Assembly (NCBI RefSeq): GCF_009914755.1
Contig: NC_060929.1
Direction: 5' to 3' (one strand)
Source: the human T2T-CHM13v2.0 reference genome, Homo sapiens
DNA length: 64,000 nucleotides
Position numbers and translations under genes: made by a program. Below, in pieces: positions 13,060 to 28,894 of this stretch. Below the pieces are notes generated by a model. That model worked only from the letters and a program-made list of their open reading frames with translations, was not told the DNA's origin and did not search any database. The stretch's first letter is position 1; each line of letters opens with the position of its first letter.

Positions 13060-13860
13060 GTTCCAGAAAGAGGAAACCAGGACTGTACAAAGACTCAGAT
13101 CCAACACCGCATGGCAAGTTCAAGGACCTGGAAGACATTCGGCATGACCAGCTTGAAGAGAGGGACGGGGGAATGGGCAAAGATAAGGCTCGAGAAGTGG
13201 AGGCCATATCATACAGGGGCTGGAGGATGGTAAGGGGGTCAGACTTTATACAGAAGCACAGGGAGCCAGTCAAGGGTTCCAACCATGGAAACAACATGAT
13301 TATACCTCATCTTCAGTAGTTTCATTCACTGCGAGTCAAGATTGGGAGTGAATTGAAGGAGAGCAAGAATGATCAAGGGGAAAGCAGTCTGGAGGCTGTC
13401 AGGGTCACCCAGACAGGAGATGATGGGTATTGACACAGGGAGCTGTCAGTGGAGAGGGAGAGAAGGCATTAGATCCAAGAGACTGAAAGGATGATCTTTT
13501 TCAAACTGTGGGTCTTGCCACATTAGTAGGCATGAAGTTTACTCAGTTGTGACTAGAATTTTAGTGAAATAGAATGAAATAAAACCTGAGAAGGCACCAC
13601 ATGTGGGAAGGGTAAGTATTGCTTCATACAGTATTTGTTTCAGGTATGTGTGTATCTGCACGTGTTTTATGGTATAAAGGGTCACAACATCAAACTTCTC
13701 CCTGTGGGTCACGGAAGGATTTCAAAGCTGCTGATGCGGAGGGAGCTCTATTGCACCTGATGGCTGATGGGATGTGAGGACTGAAGGAAGTCCAGGAGTG
13801 GCTCCCAGATCTCAGGGTCCCCCAACGTGGTGGCTGCATTCACTGAGGTAGGCACAGAAA
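13060..13860 (-). mobile_element. L2 fragment interrupted by a hAT element
   Basis: L2 motifs (GTTCCAGAAAGAGGAAACCAG, GGGAGCCAGTCAAGGGTT, GGAGGCTGTC...AGGAGATGATGG) on both sides of 13490-13733. Confidence 0.6.
13490..13733 (+). mobile_element. MER112-like hAT-Charlie MITE
   Basis: TTTTCAAACTGTGGGTC...AAGGGTAAGTATTG...CTGTGGGTCACGG...TTTCAAAGCTGCTG, similar to the recalled MER112/113 consensus. Confidence 0.55.
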
Positions 13861-14199
13861 CTACTGGATAGGGAGGGGGGGATTAAGATCCCTTCATAAT
13901 TGTGGATAGGCTAATAGGCAGAGGTTATATGTGGTATGGGGATAGAGGGTCCTTGGGAAACATGGTGCTTCCCCAAGGGGACTCTCTGCAGCCTGGCTCC
14001 TCCGCGGTATCTCCTGTCCTTCAAAAACAGGGTTGACTGCTCCTAGGCATTGAGCAAGGCCTCAGGACTGGCCTTTGACCCAGTTCCCTCCTGGGTCGTC
14101 CCCTAGTCTGGGGTGCTGACTGGCCCACACATGCATCACCCACTCTGCAAAGGTGGCTGTCGGCAGGATCAGTGCTGGAATTTCAGCCTCATATCTCAT

Positions 14200-14490
14200 A
14201 GCCTGCTCCCGGGGTGATGGATGGCTTCTGCGCGGCTGGCCATTGATCCCAGTCATAGCCGAAGAGTAAAACAACCCTTGCCGCCGCATTTACATTGCGG
14301 GCTGACATGTGTCTGCAATGCGGCGCCGAGGCCCCCAGGGACTGCGCGTGGCCACCTTCTGCCGTGTCAGCGCACGGCTCAATTCCTCCTCCTCTAGCCT
14401 CTTTGTAAATGGCCTTTGTCAGCGTCTCCTAAAAGAAGCTACACTCTTCATCAATCAGAATAATGGTCTGTTGGAATGAAAGATTCCCCT
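14200..14490. promoter_or_regulatory. Candidate enhancer: non-repetitive CpG-rich patch with PBX/MEIS/SOX-type motifs
   Basis: Local CpG cluster in CpG-poor flanks; ATCAATCA (=TGATTGAT) at 14450-14457; three TGACA/TGTCA sites; two CTTTGT sites. Motif-based only. Confidence 0.4.
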
Positions 14491-14899
14491 TCCCAGCCAG
14501 CTGAAGAAAAAGGTTTCAGGCCTGAGCACTCCCTCTTCATCCTGGGGCAGCCACCAGCATGCTCCCAGGCCCGGCGCTGGGCTGTCTGCCCTTCAGAGCC
14601 CCACCCTTTCCCCTCCCACACACCAACCTGTTCCTGGTCTGGTGCCGCCTGCGGCCAAGGACTCATCTCCCACCAGATGGCATTTGGTCACTGAGCAGAA
14701 TTCACATTTGGGTTTATTGTAGAGGGGTCACAACTGCCCAATTTCTAGTCATAATAAAAATGAAATCTCCATATGTGTTTAGTACTTTAGGTATTCATTT
14801 AGTCTCCGATTCTTTATACAATGTGCTGAACACCTCCTTTCTGGGGGCAGGAGATTTCCAAGACAGTTTCACATCTATTGTGTTGGAGAAGACGCAGTG

Positions 14900-15150
14900 T
14901 GAGGCGGGGAGCATAGCCCTAGGGCCAGGCTGCCCAGGATTCAGTTTTGCCTCTGCCACCGCTGGCCAGCTGTTCAGCCTCGGGCAAGTAAGTTGCTATC
15001 CTCAGTTTTTTCTTCTGTAAAACAAGGATTGTATGGGTAACTATCTCACAGAATTGGTAAGAGGATTAAATGAATAGATGTGGTGTACCTGAAACATGGG
15101 AGCACTGTGTAAGTGATACAAATCATCAGCATCAACAACAGCATCATTAT
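14900..15150 (+). mobile_element. MIR
   Basis: CTCTGCCAC...CCTCGGGCAAGT...CCTCAGTTTTTTCTTCTGTAAAA...GAGGATTAAATGA. Confidence 0.75.
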
Positions 15151-15159
15151 CATTATTTG

Positions 15160-15340
15160 ATTAAACCTGTTAAGAGAGGAAGATTAGGCCTGATTATGCC
15201 CATCTTATAGATGGAAGGACTGAGGCCCAAAGGCTTAAAGATGTGAAGTCTTTAACTCAGGGACCCAAAGTCGGCAATTAACACAGCCAGAAGTTAAACA
15301 CAGGTGTCCTGACTCCAAGCCTAAGGTGTTTTCCACCCCA
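15160..15340 (-). mobile_element. MIR, inverted relative to the previous copy
   Basis: CCCATCTTATAGATGGAAGGACTGAGGCCCA...CTGACTCCAAGCC. Confidence 0.7.
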
Positions 15341-18300
15341 GTTATATAGTTCTATAGAAGGAAGAAGGTTCTTTTATCTGCATTATTTAAATTATAAAAA
15401 ATCATACAGAATGTGCCGCCTCCCAGATAATTTAACCAGCCTCCTCTATGGACCATCTCCTCCTTATGGGCAGGATAAGTCATCCCCATCCCGAAATGAA
15501 AACTCCCTAGGGATCATTTCCAATGAAATTGCTTTCAAAGTCAGGGGTATGAGGGGAAGAGGATGGGTCACTGGCCTGAGGGCCACCACCCAGCCATTCC
15601 TGCAGCTCTGCTAGGCCACCTGAACAAGCATGCCCTGGAGAAGATAGGCTCCTAAAGTTGAGAATAGGTTCCCAGGTTGCTGGTGATACACAGCAAAGCA
15701 CCGGTCCTTGTTTTCCTGCAACTTGTGCTGGTGCTGACTTCTAGCACTTCCATAAGGCAGGCTGCACTGCTCCACAGCCAGGGATACAAGTGGCTTGGAT
15801 TCTGCCTTCTGTTCTGCTGGGGGTGGGAGGGCAGTGTGGAGCCAGGCGACTCGTTTGAATAGAGGGAACAGTTGAGCCAGGTTCACATAGGCATGAGGCG
15901 CCCATGCCCTCCCCACAAGGGATCTTCTCCCAGGTCTCATCATCCTGAACTTGGCCATTGTCACAGCCAGCCCAGCTCTGCCTTGCTGCACACCCTCACC
16001 CAGGCACCTGTGGCTGCCTCCCTTCCTCGCTAGACTGTGACACAGTTCCCCATATCCCAGCAGCCAGACCCAGCTCTCCAAGGGCTCTCCTTGGTTAGTA
16101 CTTTTTGTTCTAAGCCTTGACCTGATGGCCCACCAGAGACAAGGAGACTGAGCCTCCCTTCACCCCACAGCCCTGGGCCAAATGGGCTTCCTCAACCCTC
16201 CAAGAAGAACAAGCCCCCTTCCTCAGGCCAGTTCCTATCCACACATGTGGCTCACAGAGCCAGTTTCTGCCTAACGCTTTCCCCTGCTACCATCGGCCAT
16301 CCAATTCCCTTCCTGCCACCCCAAGTGACAGAGCTGACCAGTCTCTCCTAGCCCACCTCAGAGCATAATGTAGTTGATTGCCTTCTGAGATAGCTAGCAA
16401 AAATTCCTGGGCCTCTTTTTCTGGGGAGAGGGGAATGTCTGTGCAAACAGGGGAATGTTTGTGCCAAAATGTTAGCCTAAGGAGAGGAACGGCAGGAAGT
16501 ATTGGGAGCTGGGGTGAAAGTGCTTGTGCATACCAGTCATCAACCTCCTGCCTTCCAAACCATTTTCACATAGCATTTCCTGAAAACATTTTCCTAGGAA
16601 ATTTTATGTGCCATGCTTCTAGAATACTGAATGCATCAAAAGCAAAACCACCACCACCAAAGAAAGGAAAAAGGCATTTGCTTCCATTTATTGTCAATGC
16701 TGGGACATTCTCATTAAATACCTTATGGTGTGAAGGCCAGACCCATAGAGAGCAAGGGTTCCTTCCTGAGGCACTAAACACCCCAACAAATCTCAGGAGC
16801 TAATGTCCAAGCTGTTCAAGGTGAAAGGTGATGACCGTGAAGAGCACCACTGCAGTTTTGGAGGTGGCGTCGGTGGTGGCTGTGATAAGCAGAAGTAGGG
16901 GCATGGCTGCTGTCACAGCATTGTGCAACCACACACTCTGGAGAGGGCTGGATACTGAGAACATCTCCCTAACTACTGGCAAAATCACCACGTTGTGAGA
17001 TTAAAAAAAAAAAAAATTGGACAAATGATGGTGTGGGGAAGGAAAACAGTAAGTACTGACTCAAGATTCATGAGCACCCAGAACGCTTTGGTCTAGGAAT
17101 TTTATAGGTTCTCTCCCCTCTCCTGCCTTCTCTCCCAGTTGCATTCAAATAAGAAAGTCCTATGTGGAGCCAATTATTATCCTTGCAATATGTTTTGTTG
17201 TGGTTGGCAACAAAACAACTTAGTCATATTCCCCCAGATTTACCTTCTTTTTATTACTTTTCTTCCACTTTCTCCATCTCAACTCTCCCATTGGAATAAA
17301 ATGTTATTGTTTTAGGTTTTATCAGACTCAGAGCCTCTGCTCTCAGTCAAACCAATTCTGTTTTCATGCGATGAGATAGAAGTCACAAAGACAGATGTGG
17401 GCAGAGAGCTCACCACGCTCTTCATTCGCTGTCAAATACAATTTAATGCCCAGGGAGCACCCACACTGCTCTTGCTCCCTGCCAAGAGGGGGGTTCTTTA
17501 CTCATCGAATCAGCACTGGCCCTGATGGTGTTGCTTCTACAGCAGTGGGTGGTGGGAGGGAGAGACTGGAGGCTCACGGGGCCCAGACACCTCCTCCTAG
17601 TTTCCTCAAGTCCCAAGCTGCAGGCTGGGTTCCATATCCAGTTTCAAAACTCTAACTTCTTTGGGACATCTAAGGGCAGGTTTTTCCTATTGTTTACTAG
17701 AAACCTAAGAAGTCAGTACTCGTAATTTCCAACCCGGAGGCACTGAGTGGGGAATCTGCAGAGCCTACCTATTCTTCTCCCATTCTACAGACAGGGAGCC
17801 TCATCTGGGAAGAGGGCTCACGGACCTGGGTGTGTTTTGCTTCAGGACGAGAGAGAATTCCCAGTACATACATCAATCCATTTGCTTTCCAGAGAAGGAA
17901 AAGCCATGACTTGGTGTCTCAGGTCCCCATGCAGGGATTGTTCTGAGAGTCCCTGGAGGGATACAGTTGTGTAAGAGGTTTTTTGTGAGAGAAAGATTTC
18001 TCTTTCTTGACACATTTGCCTCCAGCAAAAATCACTTTAGAGCTGAATGTGGAGCCACAAATCTAATGCTGTAGCCTTCAGTGTAAAACTTGGTTGAATT
18101 CTGTTTTATGCCATTGGAGGGATTGAAAAGCCTCTTCCTGAGACAGATACTCTATCTGTTCCTTTTCCATTACCAGTTTTCTCCAAACATCAGTGGAACC
18201 TCCTTATTTAGAAACACTTTAACTTTCTCCACAGCCCCTCCCTGGGCTATTTTTGGCCCCTTACTGAAGAATGGAAGCAAAATTACGTTTTAAAACCAAC

Positions 18301-20074
18301 CATTAGTTTATTGACACAGAGAAGGTTTGTTAATCAAGTCAGACTTTTTCCTTTCTTGATCAATATATATCTGGCTTGTCCTGCTAACAGACACTTACCC
18401 AATTACCTGCTTTCTAATCGCAGTCTCCACAACCTTTAAAAATTCAGCTTGTTTCATTGATTCAGGTAACAGCTAAATTGGCATCCAGTCTCTTGCAGAA
18501 TAGATTTAATCTGGCCTGCGTTTGCTTAAAATGCCTCACCGAAACCAATGCCAGATGTAATTTTCTCACTCTTCACATTGCCCTCGGAAGTTACACAGAG
18601 CCCAACATGTGCCAAGGCCCAGCATGGGAGATATTTAAGTCGGATCTCCATTCATCAGTTCTCAGAGACTTCTAAGTGGACAGTGGGATACACTTGCCCC
18701 ATAAACGTCTAATTCCAGGTTCCTGCCTCCTTGAGATGAATTCTTAGAAATGGAATTCCTGGAGCAAAGGGGCAGTTCCTTAACACGTATAACAATTCCA
18801 TTTGTTGCAGAACAAAACAGATGAGAACATAAATATCACCAAAATATAACTATGGGAAATAATGCTCCCATTGTAAATTTAATAAATTTCCTGAGAATCA
18901 GTGTGATAGGGTAATAATCTTATAGAAATCTTAAAAACAATTTGTCCTCAAGCACTCATGTTGTTGATATTTGACAAACCATATTGTGAAAACAAATTTA
19001 ATTGAAATGGAACTGTAGACTGCAAGTCATTCATACAGTGGAATCACTTACCCTGTCCTTGGGGATTAAATAATGAAGCTAAAACCTTTCTAATCACCAA
19101 GGGAAAAAAAATCTGTTATCTACGTCATCAGCTTTCACCTCAGCCTTGCAAAAGGAGAAAATGCAAGTTAATTCATTTGCAATAACAATTCTGAAATTGT
19201 AAGTAGAAAACTTAAGAGGGTCTGATATTTTATAATGTAGAAGTGTGACATAAATATAAACTATAAATAAGTTACATTATATATGCAACAGAGGACCAAA
19301 CTCCTTGTCCAGTGTAATGCAAACAAGGAACAAGGTAACTCGCTGTAAGATGCCTCAGAGGCCATGGGAGTTGGGGTTCCTGCCTGGACTCCACATAAAT
19401 CATCCAAGGCAGCCGTACAAAGGGAGCCCAAGCCCAAAATCTGTGCTTGAAAGTATGGAAGAGGAGAGAAAAAAGCCCATATGGAAACCATGCTTTATAG
19501 TCTCGTTTAAACCTTGCTTATAATCTTTATACTATTGTTTAATATAGTGATATTAGAGTTATAGTTAGATGAAATGCCTTAGCTTCCCCATCTGAAAGTG
19601 GAAACAATAACTATAAGATAAATGCAACCATAATAAAGGGCTATTTACAAAAAAAAAAATCAGATGGCTATTTCCTTGCTGTAAAAGTCTGCATTATACC
19701 ACAAAATAGAGGCAAATATGAGGACAACAGATAAAAGAACTGTATGTCATGGAATTTTCAGATTTTACCTTTTTAAATCAGTCCTACTGACCTGAGAAGA
19801 TGACCCTAAAAAACAGCTGACATTGGTGCCTGGAGTTCCATGAAATAGGAAGAGAAGTAGGAAATTTAGATAGCCGAGGGCCACACTTTTCTGGCTAAAT
19901 CCCAGATACCAAAACCCAACTCCATCCTGTTGGGTTCAGCGGGATCCAGAGGGCTTGCAATTTTGTAGGTCACAGCGTGAAGTTCCTTATTGGGTGGAAC
20001 TGCCCAACTGAAGCACTGGATACCACTCCAGGGTCCCAGAGGGAGCTCTAGAAATATATTCTTCTTAAGAAAAA

Positions 20075-20270
20075 ATACTGCAGTGATAGCTAATGCAGAG
20101 CATGTGTTTATCGCCTCATTTAATCCTCCCAGCAACCCAGTGAGGTTAGTAATACTGTCTTTATCTTATGGGTGAGACAAAGCACAGGAAGTGGAGGAAA
20201 CTAGAAACTGCCTGAGCTAGCAATCAGACCCTGGGAATCCAGAGTCAAGTTGATGTTCTTTTGACTCCAT
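20075..20270 (-). mobile_element. MIR fragment
   Basis: CTCATTTAATCCTCCCAGCAACCCAGTGAGGTTAG. Confidence 0.6.
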
Positions 20271-20339
20271 GGAAAAAGCAGCAGGATCTTTTTTTGGGGG
20301 TGGGGTGCAGGGATAATGTATATTTTTTAAGGTGGAAAT

Positions 20340-21225
20340 TTATAAAGACTATTTACATATAAAATTCACCTATTTGAGTGTACAGTCTGATGAATTTTGG
20401 TCATTGTATACAATCATGTAGCCAGACAATCAAGATATAGGACAGTTCACTCCTGAAAAGTTGCCTTTGGACCCAAACCCCCATCCTCTACCCCAGGCAA
20501 ACACTGATCTGATTCTGTCATAATAGTAATGCCTTATCTAGAATTCCGCATAAGTGAACTCATAAGTACGTAGCTGTGTTTGACTTCTTTCACTTAGCAT
20601 GTTTGAGATGCATTCGTGTTGTTACATGTATTAATATTTTGCACCTTTTTATGGCTGTGTAGGGTTTCATAGTATCAGTATGTCACACAGTGTCTCTATT
20701 TACCATTTGATGGTATCTAGATTCCTTCCAGTTTGGAATATTGTGAATGATGCTTTTATGAATATGCTCTTGTCTTTGTACGGATATATGTTGTTTCTCT
20801 TGAAAAATTACCCAGAGTGGACTTGCTGAGTTGTATGTTAAGTGTATGTCTAACTTTATAAATATACTGCCATCCTGTTTTCCAAAGTGGTTTACCATCA
20901 TACATTCATACCAGCAGGGGGTAAGAGTTCTAGTCGTTTACATCCCTGTCAACATTTTGTGTTGTCAGTCTTTTTAACCTTAGCCATTCTAGTAGGTATA
21001 TAAAACCATCTCATTACGGTTTTAATTTCTATTTATTAGTGATGATTTTACTAGTGATATGTTTACTAATTTTGACTAGAGATATGGAATACTTTCATGT
21101 ATGTATTGGCCATTTGTGTATTTTCTTTAGTGAGGTACCTGTTCAAATCTTTTGTTCATTTTTAAACAATGAGTTGTCTTCTTACAATTGAGTTTTCTAA
21201 TTGAGTATGTAAGTCTGGATATGTG
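20340..21225 (-). mobile_element. Ancient L1M 3' portion
   Basis: Reverse-complement L1 3' motifs (TGACTTCTTTCACTTAGCATG, TTCCAAAGTGGTTTACCAT, TTAGCCATTCTAGTAGGT, ATTGGCCATTTGTGTATTTTCTTT). Confidence 0.8.
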
Positions 21226-22204
21226 ACTCTGTCCTCTACACTTTGTCTGCTTCTGTTCACCCTGCATGACCTTTACATGCTTGCTTAATATGTCTAGGTT
21301 TTATAGTTGTTTTCTGTAGCATGTTTTGTTCAGTAATATCTTTTCTATCATACCTGGAAGCAAAAGCCATTTCTGTTTACATACAACAAAACAGAGAATA
21401 AATATAAGTCAGTCCACACCGAGGCACATCCTCAAACTGTTGAAAGCCAAAGATGAAGAGCAAATCTCAAAGGGGCAAGAGAAAAATGATAACTATGTGT
21501 GGAGGAACAATGAACAGATGAATGGCTGACTTCTTGTAGGAAAATATAGAGGCCAGGAGGAAGTAGAAAAACATGTTTAAATGATAAAAGAAATTTAAAA
21601 ATCATATGGTCAGCCTATAATTCTATGTCCAGTGGATTTTAAAACACATGCTACCCATACACTTGGAGTAAGGTCAATATGTCAACACAGACAATGTGGA
21701 GGTTTTCCAGGTTTCTGATGAGGTGAATCGAGGTGGAGAATTGGAATCTATGGTCCCTGAATCTGCAGGAATTAAGCAGCAGCAGATAGTGACACTGCCT
21801 GTCATGGCTTTACCATCCAATCCCTTGTGGTGTTGGCTGTGCTAGAGCCAGGCCAGCTGGTCACTGTGTTTTGAAAACATCTCCTACAGCAGCTGCCAAT
21901 CCTACTGCCTCTGTGTGCTCAGACATGGGAGGACCTGTGTTTCCTGTTGAACATATGACTTCTTTGGGGACTTAAAAATGATTGGTCTTGCTGTGCTGCT
22001 AACAATTTTTTACCCAATAGATTAAGTTTCAGAGGTCATGAGGCAAACACCACGATTCTGATTTCAACGGTAAAAATGTCTTAAGCATCATCTTTCAGTC
22101 TTCTAAATCATTTTTACCAAACAGTTCAATAGGACCTGCAGTGTCTTCATGGCATAACAGAGGCTTTAGCCTAAGGCTCAAACTGAGATTCAGACACATC
22201 TGGT

Positions 22205-22540
22205 ATATTGCACGGAGACCCAGAAGAAATGGATGGCATGCTCATATGGAATGCTTTGAGAAGAGTTTAATAAGGAACTACTTACAAATGTGTGGGCTGA
22301 GTGTAGAAAACTCTTAAGGATGGTGTGGTTCCCCAGAGATTATAAGAGCAGAAGCTATTACCGCCTTTTGGCCCGAAGGAAAATGGGGAGGGAGCGGTTT
22401 GTGGAACCTGGATATCAAGACCAGAGCTGTGGGAGCTGGCATTCAGCATCTGTTAGAGGATGGTCACAGAGTTCTTGGAAAAAAACCTCACTGAATGGAA
22501 AGCCAAAGGAAACTCAAAAGGCTTGTTGATCTTGACGTAA
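22205..22540 (-). mobile_element. Old ERVL-class LTR fragment
   Basis: TTTGAGAAGAGTTTAATAAGGAACTACTTACAAATGTGTGGGCTGAGTGTAG motif seen in LTR40/41-type elements; tentative. Confidence 0.45.
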
Positions 22541-22834
22541 GCACATGACTGATTCCCTTAGGAGTCTCCCAGAAATAACTAGAGGAGTGAGAAGGAAGAG
22601 GGATCATGCCCATGTGTGAAGGTGAAGCCACGGCCTATGAAATGTGAGTTTTTGTTAATATGACCTAAGCTGAGACTGGGCAACCTAGAGAGCTGGGGTC
22701 CCATTCTCCTGAAATCCTCGAGCCATGAGCAGTGGAGGCTTACATAAGAGCATCTGCCAGAACGTCAGCCAGCCCAGAGTAGTTCATGTTTTTGTAATTT
22801 GAGTTTTAATTCCACAAGTAAAATATTTCTCTTT

Positions 22835-22849
22835 AAGAAATAAGAATGG
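22835..22849 (+). repeat. 5' target-site duplication of L1HS (AAGAAATAAGAATGG)
   Basis: Identical copy at 28880-28894; preceded by TTT, giving an L1 endonuclease-like site (TT/AAGA). Confidence 0.95.
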
Positions 22850-23753
22850 AGGGAGGAGCCAAAATGGCCGAATAGGAACAGCTCCGGTCTACAGCTCCCA
22901 GCGTGAGCGACGCAGAAGACGGTGATTTCTGCATTTCCATCTGAGGTACCGGGTTCATCTCACTAGGGAGTGCCAGACAGTGGGCGCAGGCCAGTGTGTG
23001 TGCGCACCGTGCGCGAGCCGAAGCAGGGCGAGGCATTGCCTCACCTGGGAAGCGCAAGGGGTCAGGGAGTTCCCTTTCCGAGTCAAAGAAAGGGGTGACG
23101 GACGCACCTGGAAAATCGGGTCACTCCCACCCGAATATTGCGCTTTTCAGACCGGCTTAAGAAACGGCGCACCACGAGACTATATCCCACACCTGGCTCG
23201 GAGGGTCCTACGCCCACGGAATCTCGCTGATTGCTAGCACAGCAGTCTGAGATCAAACTGCAAGGCGGCAACGAGGCTGGGGGAGGGGCGCCCGCCATTG
23301 CCCAGGCTTGCTTAGGTAAACAAAGCAGCCGGGAAGCTCGAACTGGGTGGAGCCCACCACAGCTCAAGGAGGCCTGCCTGCCTCTGTAGGCTCCACCTCT
23401 GGGGGCAGGGCACAGACAAACAAAAAGACAGCAGTAACCTCTGCAGACTTAAGTGTCCCTGTCTGACAGCTTTGAAGAGAGCAGTGGTTCTCCCAGCACG
23501 CAGCTGGAGATCTGAGAACGGGCAGACTGCCTCCTCAAGTGGGTCCCTGACTCCTGACCCCCGAGCAGCCTAACTGGGAGGCACCCCCCAGCAGGGGCAC
23601 ACTGACACCTCACACGGCAGGGTATTCCAACAGACCTGCAGCTGAGGGTCCTGTCTGTTAGAAGGAAAACTAACAACCAGAAAGGACATCTACACCGAAA
23701 ACCCATCTGTACATCACCATCATCAAAGACCAAAAGTAGATAAAACCACAAAG
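22850..23753 (+). promoter_or_regulatory. L1HS 5'UTR: internal sense Pol II promoter, CpG island and antisense promoter
   Basis: ~904-bp CpG-rich UTR; YY1 site (variant) at ~22860-22870; SOX-type AACAAA at 23319 and 23419; promoter functions established for L1HS. Confidence 0.92.
23083..23298 (-). CDS. ORF0: LINE-1 ORF0 (71 aa, antisense, primate-specific)
   Basis: MAGAPPPASLPPCSLISDCCASNQRDSVGVGPSEPGVGYSLVVRRFLSRSEKRNIRVGVTRFSRCVRHPFL; ATG at 23298 within the listed 94-aa frame. Confidence 0.9.
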   Translation of the reverse strand: MAGAPPPASLPPCSLISDCCASNQRDSVGVGPSEPGVGYSLVVRRFLSRSEKRNIRVGVTRFSRCVRHPFL

Positions 23754-24770
23754 ATGGGGAAAAAACAGAACAGAAAAACTGGAAACTCTAAAACGCAGAG
23801 CGCCTCTCCTCCTCCAAAGGAACGCAGTTCCTCACCAGCAACAGAACAAAGCTGGATGGAGAATGATTTTGACGAGCTGAGAGAAGAAGGCTTCAGACGA
23901 TCAAATTACTCTGAGCTACGGGAGGACATTCAAACCAAAGGCAAAGAAGTTGAAAACTTTGAAAAAAATTTAGAAGAATGTATAACTAGAATAACCAATA
24001 CAGAGAAGTGCTTAAAGGAGCTGATGGAGCTGAAAACCAAGGCTCGAGAACTACGTGAAGAATGCAGAAGCCTCAGGAGCCGATGCGATCAACTGGAAGA
24101 AAGGGTATCAGCAATGGAAGATGAAATGAATGAAATGAAGCGAGAAGGGAAGTTTAGAGAAAAAAGAATAAAAAGAAATGAGCAAAGCCTCCAAGAAATA
24201 TGGGACTATGTGAAAAGACCAAATCTACGTCTGATTGGTGTACCTGAAAGTGATGTGGAGAATGGAACCAAGTTGGAAAACACTCTGCAGGATATTATCC
24301 AGGAGAACTTCCCCAATCTAGCAAGGCAGGCCAACGTTCAGATTCAGGAAATACAGAGAACGCCACAAAGATACTCCTCGAGAAGAGCAACTCCAAGACA
24401 CATAATTGTCAGATTCACCAAAGTTGAAATGAAGGAAAAAATGTTAAGGGCAGCCAGAGAGAAAGGTCGGGTTACCCTCAAAGGAAAGCCCATCAGACTA
24501 ACAGCGGATCTCTCGGCAGAAACCCTACAAGCCAGAAGAGAGTGGGGGCCAATATTCAACATTCTTAAAGAAAAGAATTTTCAACCCAGAATTTCATATC
24601 CAGCCAAACTAAGCTTCATAAGTGAAGGAGAAATAAAATACTTTATAGACAAGCAAATGTTGAGAGATTTTGTCACCACCAGGCCTGCCCTAAAAGAGCT
24701 CCTGAAGGAAGCGCTAAACATGGAAAGGAACAACCGGTACCAGCCGCTGCAAAATCATGCCAAAATGTAA
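23754..24770 (+). CDS. ORF1: LINE-1 ORF1p, trimeric RNA-binding nucleic-acid chaperone (338 aa)
   Basis: Canonical MGKKQNRKTGNSK... sequence, coiled coil, intact REKG, ARR and YPAKLS motifs. Confidence 0.99.
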   Translation: MGKKQNRKTGNSKTQSASPPPKERSSSPATEQSWMENDFDELREEGFRRSNYSELREDIQTKGKEVENFEKNLEECITRITNTEKCLKELMELKTKARELREECRSLRSRCDQLEERVSAMEDEMNEMKREGKFREKRIKRNEQSLQEIWDYVKRPNLRLIGVPESDVENGTKLENTLQDIIQENFPNLARQANVQIQEIQRTPQRYSSRRATPRHIIVRFTKVEMKEKMLRAAREKGRVTLKGKPIRLTADLSAETLQARREWGPIFNILKEKNFQPRISYPAKLSFISEGEIKYFIDKQMLRDFVTTRPALKELLKEALNMERNNRYQPLQNHAKM

Positions 24771-24809
24771 AGACCATCGAGACTAGGAAGAAACTGCATC
24801 AACTAATGA

Positions 24810-28661
<3,852 letters not shown>

Positions 28662-28879
28662 ACAATGAGATCACATGGACACAGGAAGGGGAATATCACA
28701 CTCTGGGGACTGTGGTGGGGTCGGGGGAGGGGGGAGGGATAGCATTGGGAGATATACCTAATGCTAGATGACACATTAGTGGGTGCAGCGCACCAGCATG
28801 GCACATGTATACATATGTAACTAACCTGCACAATGTGCACATGTACCCTAAAACTTAGAGTATAATAAAAAAAAAAAAA
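28662..28879 (+). terminator. L1HS 3'UTR with G-rich tract, AATAAA and poly(A)
   Basis: G-rich tract ~28705-28740; AATAAA at 28864-28869 running into the A tail. Confidence 0.9.
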
Positions 28880-28894
28880 AAGAAATAAGAATGG
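28880..28894 (+). repeat. 3' target-site duplication of L1HS
   Basis: Exact match to 22835-22849, directly after the poly(A). Confidence 0.95.

Noticed and set aside
14900-15340. Inverted MIR pair as a hairpin RNA
   Set aside because: The copies are too diverged for stable pairing, and such arrangements are common.
21640-22200. Possible processed pseudogene fragment
   Set aside because: No ORF similarity, poly(A) or TSD that I can recognise.
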